Notes: generated by a model from the letters alone, not told the origin. DNA of 64,000 nt from Treponema sp. (GCA_045224915.1 JBGVAV010000023.1:16431-80430), one strand, 5' to 3'; counted from the first letter of the stretch, positions 46,190 to 56,769 are shown. Translations and numbers: made by a program.

Positions 46190-47746
46190 TTAATAATTCT
46201 CTACCCATTCATCAAAGTGGTTCAAGTAGCGGTACTGCAGGCATTCTTTTATAGTTCCGTCGCCATAACGGGCATATTTGTTGATATAAAAGCGTTCGGT
46301 ACAGCGACATTCCATTTCTTTTGAATGAATACCCCACAATTCTGTTTCTATGCTATAAAGAGGAAAGCCTTCGTCATCAAAAGTAATCCATATTTCACGT
46401 TTTTTATCCGACATAGAATTAGTCTCATAGGTATGGGTTACCAAATGTTCAAAACCGTAGAGGCGGTCATTTTCATCATAATGCCACCAGGATTCTTCAA
46501 CAACATTGCCATCCATTTTGCTGTATATAATACGATCCTTGTCATCATACTCTACCCAAAAAACATCCTGGCGATATTTTCTACCCTTTTCATCATACCA
46601 GCTTTGACGACCGGTATAATTCTTTTCATAAAGGAGCTTTCCTTCTGCAGAAAAGTTTTTTTGAATTATATCCTGCCTGTAGCCCTTATTGCTTGTATAA
46701 ATATAACTTCCATCGGCAGCATATTCATATTTTTCCCAGGAGCTTTTATCTTCGTTATCTTCACTGCTATCTGTATCTGAAACATGAAGAATAAGGCGGT
46801 TTTTATCATCATATTCATAAAGTTCGTTTATTACGTATTGGTTTAATACAGTTTTCTTAGAGGCATCGGTATATGCACAAAAAGTGATTTTTGTAGAGGT
46901 AATTAATCCATCAGGCCTGTAAGAGTTGACCAGTTCACCGTCTTCATAACTTTCAAGTTCTGCTTTAGTTTCGTCTACATAAATTTTCCCTATAGACTTT
47001 TTGGAAACAAGCTTGTTATCCTGATTATAGACATACCATTCTTCCTCTTCTAAACCATAATCAATAAAATCCTTAAAAGAATGAAGGATATTTCCATTTT
47101 CATCATAATCATAAGAAGCAAAATACTCTTCCCCGGCAGCTTCATCATATCTGCGGATTAAATTATCGTGGGAATCATATTCAAAATATTCTGCAGGCTC
47201 TTCTTCGTCACCCGATGGAAGAAAATTACAGTTTTCATCTACAGTTCTTAGTCTGGCACGTTTTTTTATTACCTTCCCGCTTTCGTCATACCAGTATTCA
47301 TGCCAATCATCCCCCCTGCCACTATCATCATCAAAGCGTTCTTCTTCATCTTCCCAGGCATAAGAATAACTCACACTTCCGTCGGGATAATAAGAGCGAA
47401 AGCCTTCTGTAGGCGTCTCAAAATTCAGCCGGTAATTTCGCGTGATGTTGCCGTTTTCGTCATACTCTTTAATTCTTTTTTCATTATTCAAAAGGTTTGG
47501 CTGAACATATCCTCTCAAACCTTCAAAGCCATCATAAAAAGTTTCGCGCCCCTTTTCATCAAAAAGATAATGCTCGGCCGGCAAAAACTCCGCAGTAACC
47601 GGAACAGGATTTTCTTTAAAATGCTCTTTTACAGAGATTTTTTTAGTAATTGATTCCTGAACTGTGATAGAGCTTGTTGCGCAGGATGCAAATAATAAAG
47701 AAAGCAGAATAAGGTATATAAAAAACGATTTTTGTTTAGACCTCAT
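46190..47746 (-). CDS. Lipoprotein with YD/RHS-like repeats
   Basis: Lipobox FASC; more than 12 repeats like YEYDxxGxL; SD AAGGTG before ATG 47746. Confidence 0.75.
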   Translation of the reverse strand: MRSKQKSFFIYLILLSLLFASCATSSITVQESITKKISVKEHFKENPVPVTAEFLPAEHYLFDEKGRETFYDGFEGLRGYVQPNLLNNEKRIKEYDENGNITRNYRLNFETPTEGFRSYYPDGSVSYSYAWEDEEERFDDDSGRGDDWHEYWYDESGKVIKKRARLRTVDENCNFLPSGDEEEPAEYFEYDSHDNLIRRYDEAAGEEYFASYDYDENGNILHSFKDFIDYGLEEEEWYVYNQDNKLVSKKSIGKIYVDETKAELESYEDGELVNSYRPDGLITSTKITFCAYTDASKKTVLNQYVINELYEYDDKNRLILHVSDTDSSEDNEDKSSWEKYEYAADGSYIYTSNKGYRQDIIQKNFSAEGKLLYEKNYTGRQSWYDEKGRKYRQDVFWVEYDDKDRIIYSKMDGNVVEESWWHYDENDRLYGFEHLVTHTYETNSMSDKKREIWITFDDEGFPLYSIETELWGIHSKEMECRCTERFYINKYARYGDGTIKECLQYRYLNHFDEWVENY

Positions 47747-47756
47747 TGATATCACC

Positions 47757-50700
47757 TTATGGCTTTTGCATAACCTCACTCATGGCAGTTGAACCGTCGG
47801 CAAAGTGGGCGATTACGACGTAACATTCACCGTTTTCTATCTGATCCATAGGGATGGAATAGCGCTTTGAACTATGGTCACTGGAAGAGAATGTAAGAAT
47901 CTTGCCTCCAAGAATTTTTATATTATTACTATCCCATATAGCTGCCGCCCAGTCTTTACATTCTGAATACGGTAGTTTTGTTGAATAAGTCTGTATAAAA
48001 ACAGGAGCATCGCTTGAAACACCTACAGAAGTTTTAGAAGAACCGTTCGGCAATAGCAAATCGTAATCTCCTGTATTTGATTGACTACCAGTCCATATAT
48101 AGCCACAAGGCGAAAAAGGAGAATAATATGTATCTAAAACCCTTATAAATATGTTTTGACAAGAAGAGGAATTAAATGTGGTTCGATAATAATAATAATA
48201 TGGATAAGTTGTATAATCCACAGATTTCGTTCCAGGTGCTAAATCGCTTACATGTTGCCATTCATTACCAACCATTTTAAAAACAGTTAAGTACGCATCC
48301 CTAGAGTCGATTGTTTTAGAACTTGAGGTTTTGTTTGCTATTCTATTATACCATGGCCCCACGCGGGTAACCGTCTGAATAGAATCACCAAATCCTTGGC
48401 CTTTATTTCCTTTTTTATCAAAACCTACCGCTTCGATTCTACCAGATAAAGGAATTTCCCATACAGGGATTCTCCTTTTCCAGGTTGATTCATAATTGCC
48501 AGGGTTAGTATTTGGGAAATTATATTTATAATTACCATTTTTATCTAAAAGATTCGCTATATATCCATAATCCATTCCAGATTCTTCATCTTTCATTTCG
48601 ACTTCAAAATAATCTGGATTAACCCTTGTAACTTTTATATATGGAGATTTGTAATCATAATCGGCACCAGTAAATTTACTTATACTGCAATCAGTTCCAG
48701 CCGAACGGGAAGTTCCAATTACTCCATATACAGTAATTGGTGTATCTTCGTAATACATATCACTGATTTTTCTTTCAAGAGTGACAGAAGTCTGCCCCTT
48801 AGGGAAATAACACGTTGGAAAGTAATAAGGAGAACTAATAGATTGATGATAAACAAGATAAATGTTATCAAAATGTTCCCAGGAATCTTCTGCAATATTA
48901 ACAATTATGTCCATATAATAAGCATCGCCAGAAGTTGTCTCGTTAAGAACGACACGTCCCTTTCTGCAAATAGGCTCCCCAACAACTTCAACATCCGGTG
49001 CGTTAGTAATTGTTGAATTTACATCATAAGAAACTTCACTTATATCTCCACAAAGATAACAATTATAATTAACCCCTTCTTTATAACACGGAATCATTTT
49101 GTAAGTTATACCAGAATCAAATTCTATTTCTATGGGATCCCCACCTTCCTCATCAATAAATTTTTTTGGTGTTTGGCCTTCTTCTAAATCCCAAATTATA
49201 AATGAACAGAATACCATATCTTCATTATCCATTTGAAAAGAAGGCGCACAGGTCACTGTTGCAGTGCTTTCATTTTTTGAGAAATCAGTTATTACACAAG
49301 GTTTAGGATAACCCAGTTCCTTTTCTACAACATTACCAACATCATCTTTTACTCTGAGTAATACTTTTAAACCATTAACTGAATTAACATCAAGATCTAT
49401 ACAGAAACACATTTCATCTTTATCATTTGTTAATGGTTGATTTTTCTTTAGAATACCACCTTTATCTATATAATCACATTCAAAAGTATATGCATCATAA
49501 TAGTTTTTGTATTCAGTATTGGGTTGTCTAATATAGTCACCTGACTCCTCATCATATTCATCGTCTTCATAATACATATATGCAGCATAATCTATAAATG
49601 CACCGTCCTCGTCATGGTGAGGATCATATGATATCTTAAAGCGTTTGACATTTTCTTCATAATAAGCAATGTCGAAATTTGATTCATCATAAATATCATC
49701 TTCGCTTAAGAACAGGTTATAATATAGAATTCTATCGAGGTTCGGATATTTTCTAAATGTTGAAAAAGAAACACTTTCAGAATTAACCCCAAGGTTATCT
49801 GTTACATAACAATCTATATGTATTGTATCATCGTAGGCACGTGCTCCCTTGAATTTATGCTTAACACAAAAGAAAGTATTACCACGCTCATCGGTAAAAA
49901 ATTCTACATTTGAATTTTGAGCATTATAGACAGTCTCTACACTTCTTTCACTACTTTCATTCTTCATGTACGTTTCTTTTACACAAACTTCTTTTATGGT
50001 ATTTTTTTCATGCACAAACTGCCCATATAGATAAATGGTGTCATTTGTCATGTTTTTTGTTATAAGTTCTGGAGTCCAACCCCATCTATCATTTATGGTT
50101 TGTAATTCAAATTTATAGTTTTGTGACAAATTTTTTGCTGTTTTGCTTGTTATTTCATGCCTTGTGGCAAAGAAATCCTGAATACCTGGTGGAGTAGAAT
50201 CAATTTCAGGTTTATATTTTACAGAGAAAGAAGCTTTGGCATCTTGTTTTAAAGGAAGAACAACCCCTTCTTTTATGGCTGAAATATCAGAAGGTAATGA
50301 AACATCCAGTAATATACTTATTGGATTTTTTGAAATAATATAAGACTTTAATAATTCTGGTTTAGGAGCAAGGGTAAGAATTGTTTTGTTTCCAGATTCT
50401 GTAACCGATTTCTCAAAATACTCATTCACATTTTCTCCTTCACAAAGAACAGTTAAATTTTCATCAAGCGTTTCTGAATTTATAATCTTAGAAAATGTTA
50501 TAACAATCGGAGTATTAGTAAAATTCAGCTGAGACAAAACATTTGGAGTATAAGATTCTACAGCAGGCAGCTCATAACATACCGGACGAATGATAATATC
50601 ATTTCTTTGTTCGGTTATCTTAACCGGAGCCTTGTAAATTCCATTTTCTTCATCAAAAACTACTGCTCCAATTTCAGAACAATCGAGAATCACAGAAGTA

Positions 50701-51671
50701 TTATTACTACTTACAGCTTCAAAGCGAATAAACTTATAATCTGTACTATTAAGCTGGAATTGAACATCAAATGAATAATCTACATAGTTATTAGTTACAT
50801 TTGAAGAAAGAAAATGCCCATATAAAGGATCTGCCTGCAAAGAAATTGTTATCGGTTTTAAATCGGCCGAAGTTTTATCAATTTTATAGGCATGAGTTCC
50901 TTTATCTTTAAAAGACATTCCATCTTCAGAATCAAGAATAGTTGTAAAATCATAATCTACCTGAACGGTAAGGGTACTTCTTGCATCTGAAGGGGAAAGG
51001 ATTGGATTTCCAGGTAAAGTTTGAATTGTAAGAGTTTTATGATCAGAAGAAAAAACCGGTGTTGAAAAATTAAAATACTGGTTAAGACTGACATTGTCAT
51101 CTGTATAAATAGAAATGCAACTAAAATCTCCAAAACTGTTGATATCTACCGGCTTATTAAAAGAAAACTTGATTTCTTCATCCTGACTATAAAATGTTTT
51201 TTTACTTTCCGGTGCAATACTATCAAGCTTTGGTATTTTTTTGCAAACAGGTCTGATTAATATATCCGAATGATGCAGTAATTTTATTGTATATTTATAT
51301 CTTCCCTTTTTGTCATTTCGTTCTATTTCGACAATTTCTACACTATCTGCACGACTGGATTTTTTATCTTCCTGGCTAACTGCTTCCAGTTTATCAAAAA
51401 CATAATCATCTGTGTTTAATTCGAACTGAACTTCGGTTTCGTATCCTTCCTTTACAGTTCGTTCCAGGCTTCCAATAAACTCGCCTGTTTCAATTTCGGC
51501 CTTAAAAATAATAGTGCAGCCTTGTGCATTATTATAAGCAATTGCCTCTTCAATTTCTTTTCTGATTGCCCCTGCATTCATAAAATTATCGCAGGCGGTA
51601 AAAAATGAACTTGCTGCGATAAGAAATGCAGAAAGAAAGAAAATTACAGACTTTGATTTAATGTGACGCAT
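47757..51671 (-). CDS. Large surface lipoprotein with duplicated Ig-like/Big_5 modules
   Basis: Lipobox FTAC; two homologous modules (EVQFELNT..Y.F..LEAVS...DILIRPVC / DVQFQLNS..Y.F..FEAVS...DIIIRPVC). Confidence 0.75.
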   Translation of the reverse strand: MRHIKSKSVIFFLSAFLIAASSFFTACDNFMNAGAIRKEIEEAIAYNNAQGCTIIFKAEIETGEFIGSLERTVKEGYETEVQFELNTDDYVFDKLEAVSQEDKKSSRADSVEIVEIERNDKKGRYKYTIKLLHHSDILIRPVCKKIPKLDSIAPESKKTFYSQDEEIKFSFNKPVDINSFGDFSCISIYTDDNVSLNQYFNFSTPVFSSDHKTLTIQTLPGNPILSPSDARSTLTVQVDYDFTTILDSEDGMSFKDKGTHAYKIDKTSADLKPITISLQADPLYGHFLSSNVTNNYVDYSFDVQFQLNSTDYKFIRFEAVSSNNTSVILDCSEIGAVVFDEENGIYKAPVKITEQRNDIIIRPVCYELPAVESYTPNVLSQLNFTNTPIVITFSKIINSETLDENLTVLCEGENVNEYFEKSVTESGNKTILTLAPKPELLKSYIISKNPISILLDVSLPSDISAIKEGVVLPLKQDAKASFSVKYKPEIDSTPPGIQDFFATRHEITSKTAKNLSQNYKFELQTINDRWGWTPELITKNMTNDTIYLYGQFVHEKNTIKEVCVKETYMKNESSERSVETVYNAQNSNVEFFTDERGNTFFCVKHKFKGARAYDDTIHIDCYVTDNLGVNSESVSFSTFRKYPNLDRILYYNLFLSEDDIYDESNFDIAYYEENVKRFKISYDPHHDEDGAFIDYAAYMYYEDDEYDEESGDYIRQPNTEYKNYYDAYTFECDYIDKGGILKKNQPLTNDKDEMCFCIDLDVNSVNGLKVLLRVKDDVGNVVEKELGYPKPCVITDFSKNESTATVTCAPSFQMDNEDMVFCSFIIWDLEEGQTPKKFIDEEGGDPIEIEFDSGITYKMIPCYKEGVNYNCYLCGDISEVSYDVNSTITNAPDVEVVGEPICRKGRVVLNETTSGDAYYMDIIVNIAEDSWEHFDNIYLVYHQSISSPYYFPTCYFPKGQTSVTLERKISDMYYEDTPITVYGVIGTSRSAGTDCSISKFTGADYDYKSPYIKVTRVNPDYFEVEMKDEESGMDYGYIANLLDKNGNYKYNFPNTNPGNYESTWKRRIPVWEIPLSGRIEAVGFDKKGNKGQGFGDSIQTVTRVGPWYNRIANKTSSSKTIDSRDAYLTVFKMVGNEWQHVSDLAPGTKSVDYTTYPYYYYYRTTFNSSSCQNIFIRVLDTYYSPFSPCGYIWTGSQSNTGDYDLLLPNGSSKTSVGVSSDAPVFIQTYSTKLPYSECKDWAAAIWDSNNIKILGGKILTFSSSDHSSKRYSIPMDQIENGECYVVIAHFADGSTAMSEVMQKP

Positions 51672-51763
51672 ATAACATCTCCATGTTAAAAAAGAATACA
51701 AATATTATAACATGAGACGCGGAATTATGCTAAACAAATCTTTTAATTTGTCAAAAGCCTTTC

Positions 51764-52990
51764 TTACACTTGCACCGAACCCTGGCGCAGGATTTTTACA
51801 GCTCCGTCGGTGATGCTTACCAAAGTAGAAGGAAGGGCGCCTTTTTTGTCGCCGTCGGTTACGATGAGGTCTACTTCTGACTGAAATTCTTCTATTATTG
51901 ATGATTGTGTATCGAGAACGGGCTGGCCGCTGCGGTTTACGCTGGTACTGTAAATTGGAGCACTGCACAGGCTGATTACTTTACGGAGCCATTGGTCGCC
52001 GGGACAGCGGAAGGCAATTGTAGAGGCACCAGCCCCTCCAACGCCAGCTTTTGTATTTACAATAATTGTGAGTGCTCCCGGCCACTTTTGCAGCAATTCC
52101 GGTGGGACAACATCGTCTGTGTACTTTTTAAGATCTTCAGGGCATGCAATCAACTGAATCAAAGGTTTTGTTTCTGCCCTTCCCTTTATTGCGCGGATAC
52201 GGTCATCTGAACCATTCCCAACAATTCCGCTGAAGCCGTAAACTGTGTCTGTCGGGATTATTACGACGCCACCCGAAGCTAAAACCTGGGCGGTTTTTTC
52301 TGCAGAAGCTTCGTCCGATTTTTGAATAACTTCGGCGTCTTTGCAAGCAGCATCCTCTACTTCTGCCATTTTTACATAAGGATTTTCCTGAGGCTTCTGT
52401 TCGCTTTTGAGAGACCAGTTTTTGCCATCATAAGTATAAATTGTTTCTTCGCAGTTTCCTTTAAGACCGTTTCCCCAGAAATGTTTAAGATCTCTATGTT
52501 CAAGACAAGACATAAGGGCTGCTAAAATTGCACCATGGGCAACAATTAAAATTCTGGCATCCGGATTTTTATTGTAATAAGGCTGGAGCACTGTGTGGAT
52601 AAATTTTGCAGTACGTTCCATTCCGGAGGTAAAAGTTTCGCCGCCTTTAGGAGGGACATATTTATCCGGCGCTTCAAAAAAATACTTTCTTGGGTCGTCG
52701 GTATCCATCCATTTGTCAAAAGGAACACCTTCGCCCTGTCCAAAGCTGATTTCTTTGAGGAGGTCATTTTTGAGGACGCCCTGTGTCCCGTGACTTATAA
52801 TACATGCAGTTTCATAGGCTCTGCTCAGGGGTGAAGAAAATATTTCATCAAAGTTAACATCCTTAAGGCGCTCGGCAAGTTTTACTGCGGCAGCACGTCC
52901 TTCTTCATTAAGAGGAATATCCTGTGCCCCCTGAAACTTGCATTCCTTGTTCCAGTCTGTTTTTCCGTGTCGTACAACAAAAATTTCCAT
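51764..52990 (-). CDS. Histidine phosphatase fused to TsaC/Sua5 threonylcarbamoyl-AMP synthase
   Basis: N-terminal VRHGKTDWN, SSPLSRA, VAHG; C-terminal PTDTVYG, KGR..KPL, WPGALT, STSVNRSG, PSTLV. Confidence 0.88.
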   Translation of the reverse strand: MEIFVVRHGKTDWNKECKFQGAQDIPLNEEGRAAAVKLAERLKDVNFDEIFSSPLSRAYETACIISHGTQGVLKNDLLKEISFGQGEGVPFDKWMDTDDPRKYFFEAPDKYVPPKGGETFTSGMERTAKFIHTVLQPYYNKNPDARILIVAHGAILAALMSCLEHRDLKHFWGNGLKGNCEETIYTYDGKNWSLKSEQKPQENPYVKMAEVEDAACKDAEVIQKSDEASAEKTAQVLASGGVVIIPTDTVYGFSGIVGNGSDDRIRAIKGRAETKPLIQLIACPEDLKKYTDDVVPPELLQKWPGALTIIVNTKAGVGGAGASTIAFRCPGDQWLRKVISLCSAPIYSTSVNRSGQPVLDTQSSIIEEFQSEVDLIVTDGDKKGALPSTLVSITDGAVKILRQGSVQV

Positions 52991-53002
52991 ATTATAACCT
53001 GC

Positions 53003-55075
53003 TTAGAATCTAAGTCTTCTTAAAAAGGTAATTGAACTTACAACAAAATTTGTAATTTCGTTTGTTGGATAAATCTGGAAACGCACAACAGCATCACCAG
53101 TCTGCTTTGTAATTCCAAGCGTTCGTCCTATTACCTTAAAATATTCATTTTCATTATCAAACTGAGGAAGTGTAATTTCCATCATATCATTTTCTTTTAA
53201 GCCAGCTTCAAAAAGATGAATCTTGCCGCTAAAGTCCATGCCTTCTGCTTCCAGAATCTCGGAACGAACAGAAGTTGTCATGAGCTGTTCTTTTGAAACA
53301 ATCAGTCTGTTACGAATGCGCACCGCAAGAACTTCTCGCTGATTTTTTGTTAGATCAAGATTATTCAACTCGGCCTTGAGCGAATTCAAAAGATGTCCCG
53401 CTGCAGAAAAATTGATTTTTTCAACAGAGTCGTTTGCACCCGCAAGAGGAACACCTGCAGTAAGAACAGGAAAATCAAGCTTCTCGCCATCGGCAAAAGA
53501 ATCCTTTACCCTGCCCATAAAATCAAGCCCGCTTTCTTCGATAAAATCATTTATATTTGCTTCGAGCGGAATATCAAGAAGATAGATTCCAGGTGCAAGA
53601 GTTTCTTTGATGTGCCCGCTGATGTTTGGATTTTTTTCTATAAAATCAATATTGTTCTGCGCAACCTTGAGCACGTAGCCTTTATAAAGCATTGCAGAAC
53701 TGTAGGCTTCGTACCATTCGCTTATAGAAACTTTAAGATTCTGAGGCAAATCATAATTTGTATGCTTTTGAAGTTCCTCGCAGATTTTTTCAACATTCCA
53801 CCCCTTATCAAATGCATGAGAAACAGACTGGCGCGAAATATCATATTCTGTAACAAGGCCAAAACGTTTGATTTCCAAAAACTCTGTAAGCGGCAAAAGT
53901 TCACTAAGCGCAAGGCCAGGCATTATGCTTACAGTAAAAGTTGAATCAATGTTGATATTTTTAAGCTGAGGATGTGCAGTTTCCGGAACCTGATTATATG
54001 AATAAACAGGTGTGCCATTTTCGTCGCTGCCTGATTTTTGTAAAAGTCCAAGTTCTACTGCAGACTCAAGCATGCGGTCTATAAGAGAACCTGCCTGTTC
54101 CGGAAGGATTGCATTTTCCTGGCGGGCAGCCTCAAGCATTCTTGTAAATCTTGATTTTGAACCTGTTGATGCGGCTGAAGTTTTTCTGCTGCCAACAAGA
54201 AATCCAAGTCGAACAAGATTTTCAAGGGTATAACTTTGATTTTGAATAGAACTGAGTGTATCGAGTAAAAGCTGTGCTTCTTTTTTAAGGCCCTCGCGTC
54301 CAAACCTTGAACAGGAAGCGGCACAAATAAGAGCGTACTGCTTTGACTGTTCAAGCTTTGCAAAAAGTTCAAAACGTTTGCGGTCTGCCTCATATGTTTT
54401 TGGACCCTCGCGCAAAAGATTGAGGTTTATAAAAGCAGCAAGCACAAGCTGAATTGCCTTTTCGTGCCCCGGAAAAATTGCCTTTATTTTTGAAAGAGAA
54501 TTCTTTTTTACTTCGCCGTCCATTTTGCAGGAGCAGCCCTTTGTGTTTATAAAAGAAATAAACGCTGCTAAAAAATCAGGCGAAATTGCAAAAACATCAT
54601 CAATTGATTTTTGCAAAACTGTAGACGGCTGAACAACATTTGAAATGCTTATATATTTAGAAAGCTTATCTTTTATAAAAGGATTAATTTTCAGGATTTT
54701 CTTTGCACTGTACTCTTCTGATTTTTCGTAAACTAAAAGGCGCGCCATAAGATTAGAAAGTTCAGAAAACACTTGCGCCATTGAATACTTGCCTGCAAAA
54801 AATTCAATAAGAGTTTCCTGTGTAGCATTTGGAAGAAACCAGAGCGCTGTAAGAATCTCAATATCAAACTCGTCGAGAAGAGAAATTATGCTTTGAGAGT
54901 TAGCCTGATTTTTTAAAAATCCGGCAAGCTGTTCAATAAGGCGCTGTTTATTGTAAGGAGTTTCTACTTCGCCAAGATAAAGACGCACAATTTCAAAAAA
55001 CTTGCTGTCAGAAAGAGAAGATATGCTTTGTTCCCAGGCCTCTGCCTCTTGTGCAAATTGAGCGGTCATCTGCAT
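53003..55075 (-). CDS. Helicase-associated (Helicase_C_3) XPB partner protein
   Basis: YDISRQSVSHAFDKG...LPQNLKVSISEW matches the XPB N-terminal-type domain; coupled to XPB stop (TAATG). Confidence 0.75.
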   Translation of the reverse strand: MQMTAQFAQEAEAWEQSISSLSDSKFFEIVRLYLGEVETPYNKQRLIEQLAGFLKNQANSQSIISLLDEFDIEILTALWFLPNATQETLIEFFAGKYSMAQVFSELSNLMARLLVYEKSEEYSAKKILKINPFIKDKLSKYISISNVVQPSTVLQKSIDDVFAISPDFLAAFISFINTKGCSCKMDGEVKKNSLSKIKAIFPGHEKAIQLVLAAFINLNLLREGPKTYEADRKRFELFAKLEQSKQYALICAASCSRFGREGLKKEAQLLLDTLSSIQNQSYTLENLVRLGFLVGSRKTSAASTGSKSRFTRMLEAARQENAILPEQAGSLIDRMLESAVELGLLQKSGSDENGTPVYSYNQVPETAHPQLKNINIDSTFTVSIMPGLALSELLPLTEFLEIKRFGLVTEYDISRQSVSHAFDKGWNVEKICEELQKHTNYDLPQNLKVSISEWYEAYSSAMLYKGYVLKVAQNNIDFIEKNPNISGHIKETLAPGIYLLDIPLEANINDFIEESGLDFMGRVKDSFADGEKLDFPVLTAGVPLAGANDSVEKINFSAAGHLLNSLKAELNNLDLTKNQREVLAVRIRNRLIVSKEQLMTTSVRSEILEAEGMDFSGKIHLFEAGLKENDMMEITLPQFDNENEYFKVIGRTLGITKQTGDAVVRFQIYPTNEITNFVVSSITFLRRLRF

Positions 55076-56769
55076 TACAAATCTTCTCCCTGTGCGTAAC
55101 GTACAATTCTATAAGAATAACCCTGCTCTGCAAGGAACTTTTGTCTGTTAGAAGAGAATTCTTCTTCTACTGTATTTCTGGTAACAAGCGTATAAAAGCG
55201 GGATGTTCTTTCTTTTGGACGCAGGATTCTTCCAAGTCGCTGGGCTTCTTCCTGGCGGCTTCCAAAGGTTCCGCTCACCTGAATGGCAAGAGAGGCGTCC
55301 GGTAAATCAATTGCAAAGTTAGCAACTTTAGAAACAACAAGAACTCTGATATTTCCTTTACGGAAGTCTCCGTAGATTTTATCGCGTTCTGCAGTTGGAG
55401 TTTTTCCTGTAATTATAGGAGCTCCAAGCTCTTTTGCAATTTCTGCCAGCTGTTCAAGATACTGACCTATTACAAGAATTTTATCCTGAGTATATTTGTT
55501 TACAATCTGTTTTACTAGCGGAAGCTTATCAGGATTCTGACTTGCAATTTTATGTTTTTCGCGGGCACCTGCAACTGCGTAATCAATTTCTTTATAATCC
55601 GGTAAGTCTACTCTAACTTCGATGCATTCTGCACTTGCAATCCATTTATCGCGTTCAAGCTCTTTCCATGGAACATCATAACGCTTTGGACCAACAAGAC
55701 TGAATACATAACCTTCGCAACCATCTTCGCGAACTAAAGTTGCAGTAAGACCTACGCGTCTAACAGCCTGAAGCTCTGCAACAACACGGAACACAGGAGC
55801 AGGAAGCATATGAACTTCATCATAAATAATAAGACCCCACGGACGCTCGTGGAAAAGTGAAAAATGAGGAAAAGGCCCTTCTCGGTCTGGTCTCCATGTA
55901 AGAACCTGATACGTTGCAACAGTAACAGGCTTTATATCTTTTGATTCGCCTGTGTATTCAGAAATGTCATCTGCGGTAAGGTTAGTTTTGTCTAACAGCT
56001 CGTCAATCCACTGGTGAACGGCACTGATGTTCGTTGTAATAATGAGCGTGCTTGTTTTGAGCATATCCATTATCTGCATACCGACTATTGTCTTACCAGA
56101 ACCGCACGGAAGAACAATTGTACCAAAACCGGTTCCAGGGCCCTTATCTCCAACAAGAGCCTTTGCAGCCGAAGTCTGATAGTCTCGGATAACAAGAGGA
56201 GCACCGGAAGATGTTTGAGTTTTTAAGTTTATTTCTAGAGGTTCGCCGTCTGTTAAAGCAACCTCATCTTTTACAGGCCATCCCGCCTCGAGCAGAAGCT
56301 GTTTTATTGTACCGCGGTCTGTGAGCTTTATGAGATAAGAGTTTTTTGCAGCCCCCGTCCTCAGCATCTTCTTCACCGCTGTATTTGCACCAATTTCTTT
56401 ATAAATTGCTTCACTCTGAGCCTGAAGACTTAGATACTGCTCTTCATCATCCTTTGTTTTAGGAACTTCAACGAGTCTAATTTTTCCAAAACGTCCGCTT
56501 ACTTCATTTATCCATGCAACAACAGACTGCGGAACATCATAACGCGCATATTTATTAAGAACATCTACGGCATCCTGTGCACTAAAGCCCGCACTAGCCG
56601 CATTCCACAAAGAAAGAGGAGTTAATTTATATGTATGAAGATGCTCAGGAGACTTTTCCAGTTCTGCAAAAGGAATAAGCGCATTACGGCATTCCTCAGC
56701 AAGCGGAGCATGCACATCAAGCAAAAGAGAACGGTCACCCTGAACAATCAATGGATTTTCGTAATTCAT
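55075..56769 (-). CDS. DNA repair helicase XPB/Rad25 (Ssl2-like)
   Basis: NPLIVQGDRSLLL, LEKSPEHLHTY, LPCGSGKT, DEVH, GLTATLVRED, SRQEEAQRLGRILR. Confidence 0.95.
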   Translation of the reverse strand: MNYENPLIVQGDRSLLLDVHAPLAEECRNALIPFAELEKSPEHLHTYKLTPLSLWNAASAGFSAQDAVDVLNKYARYDVPQSVVAWINEVSGRFGKIRLVEVPKTKDDEEQYLSLQAQSEAIYKEIGANTAVKKMLRTGAAKNSYLIKLTDRGTIKQLLLEAGWPVKDEVALTDGEPLEINLKTQTSSGAPLVIRDYQTSAAKALVGDKGPGTGFGTIVLPCGSGKTIVGMQIMDMLKTSTLIITTNISAVHQWIDELLDKTNLTADDISEYTGESKDIKPVTVATYQVLTWRPDREGPFPHFSLFHERPWGLIIYDEVHMLPAPVFRVVAELQAVRRVGLTATLVREDGCEGYVFSLVGPKRYDVPWKELERDKWIASAECIEVRVDLPDYKEIDYAVAGAREKHKIASQNPDKLPLVKQIVNKYTQDKILVIGQYLEQLAEIAKELGAPIITGKTPTAERDKIYGDFRKGNIRVLVVSKVANFAIDLPDASLAIQVSGTFGSRQEEAQRLGRILRPKERTSRFYTLVTRNTVEEEFSSNRQKFLAEQGYSYRIVRYAQGEDL

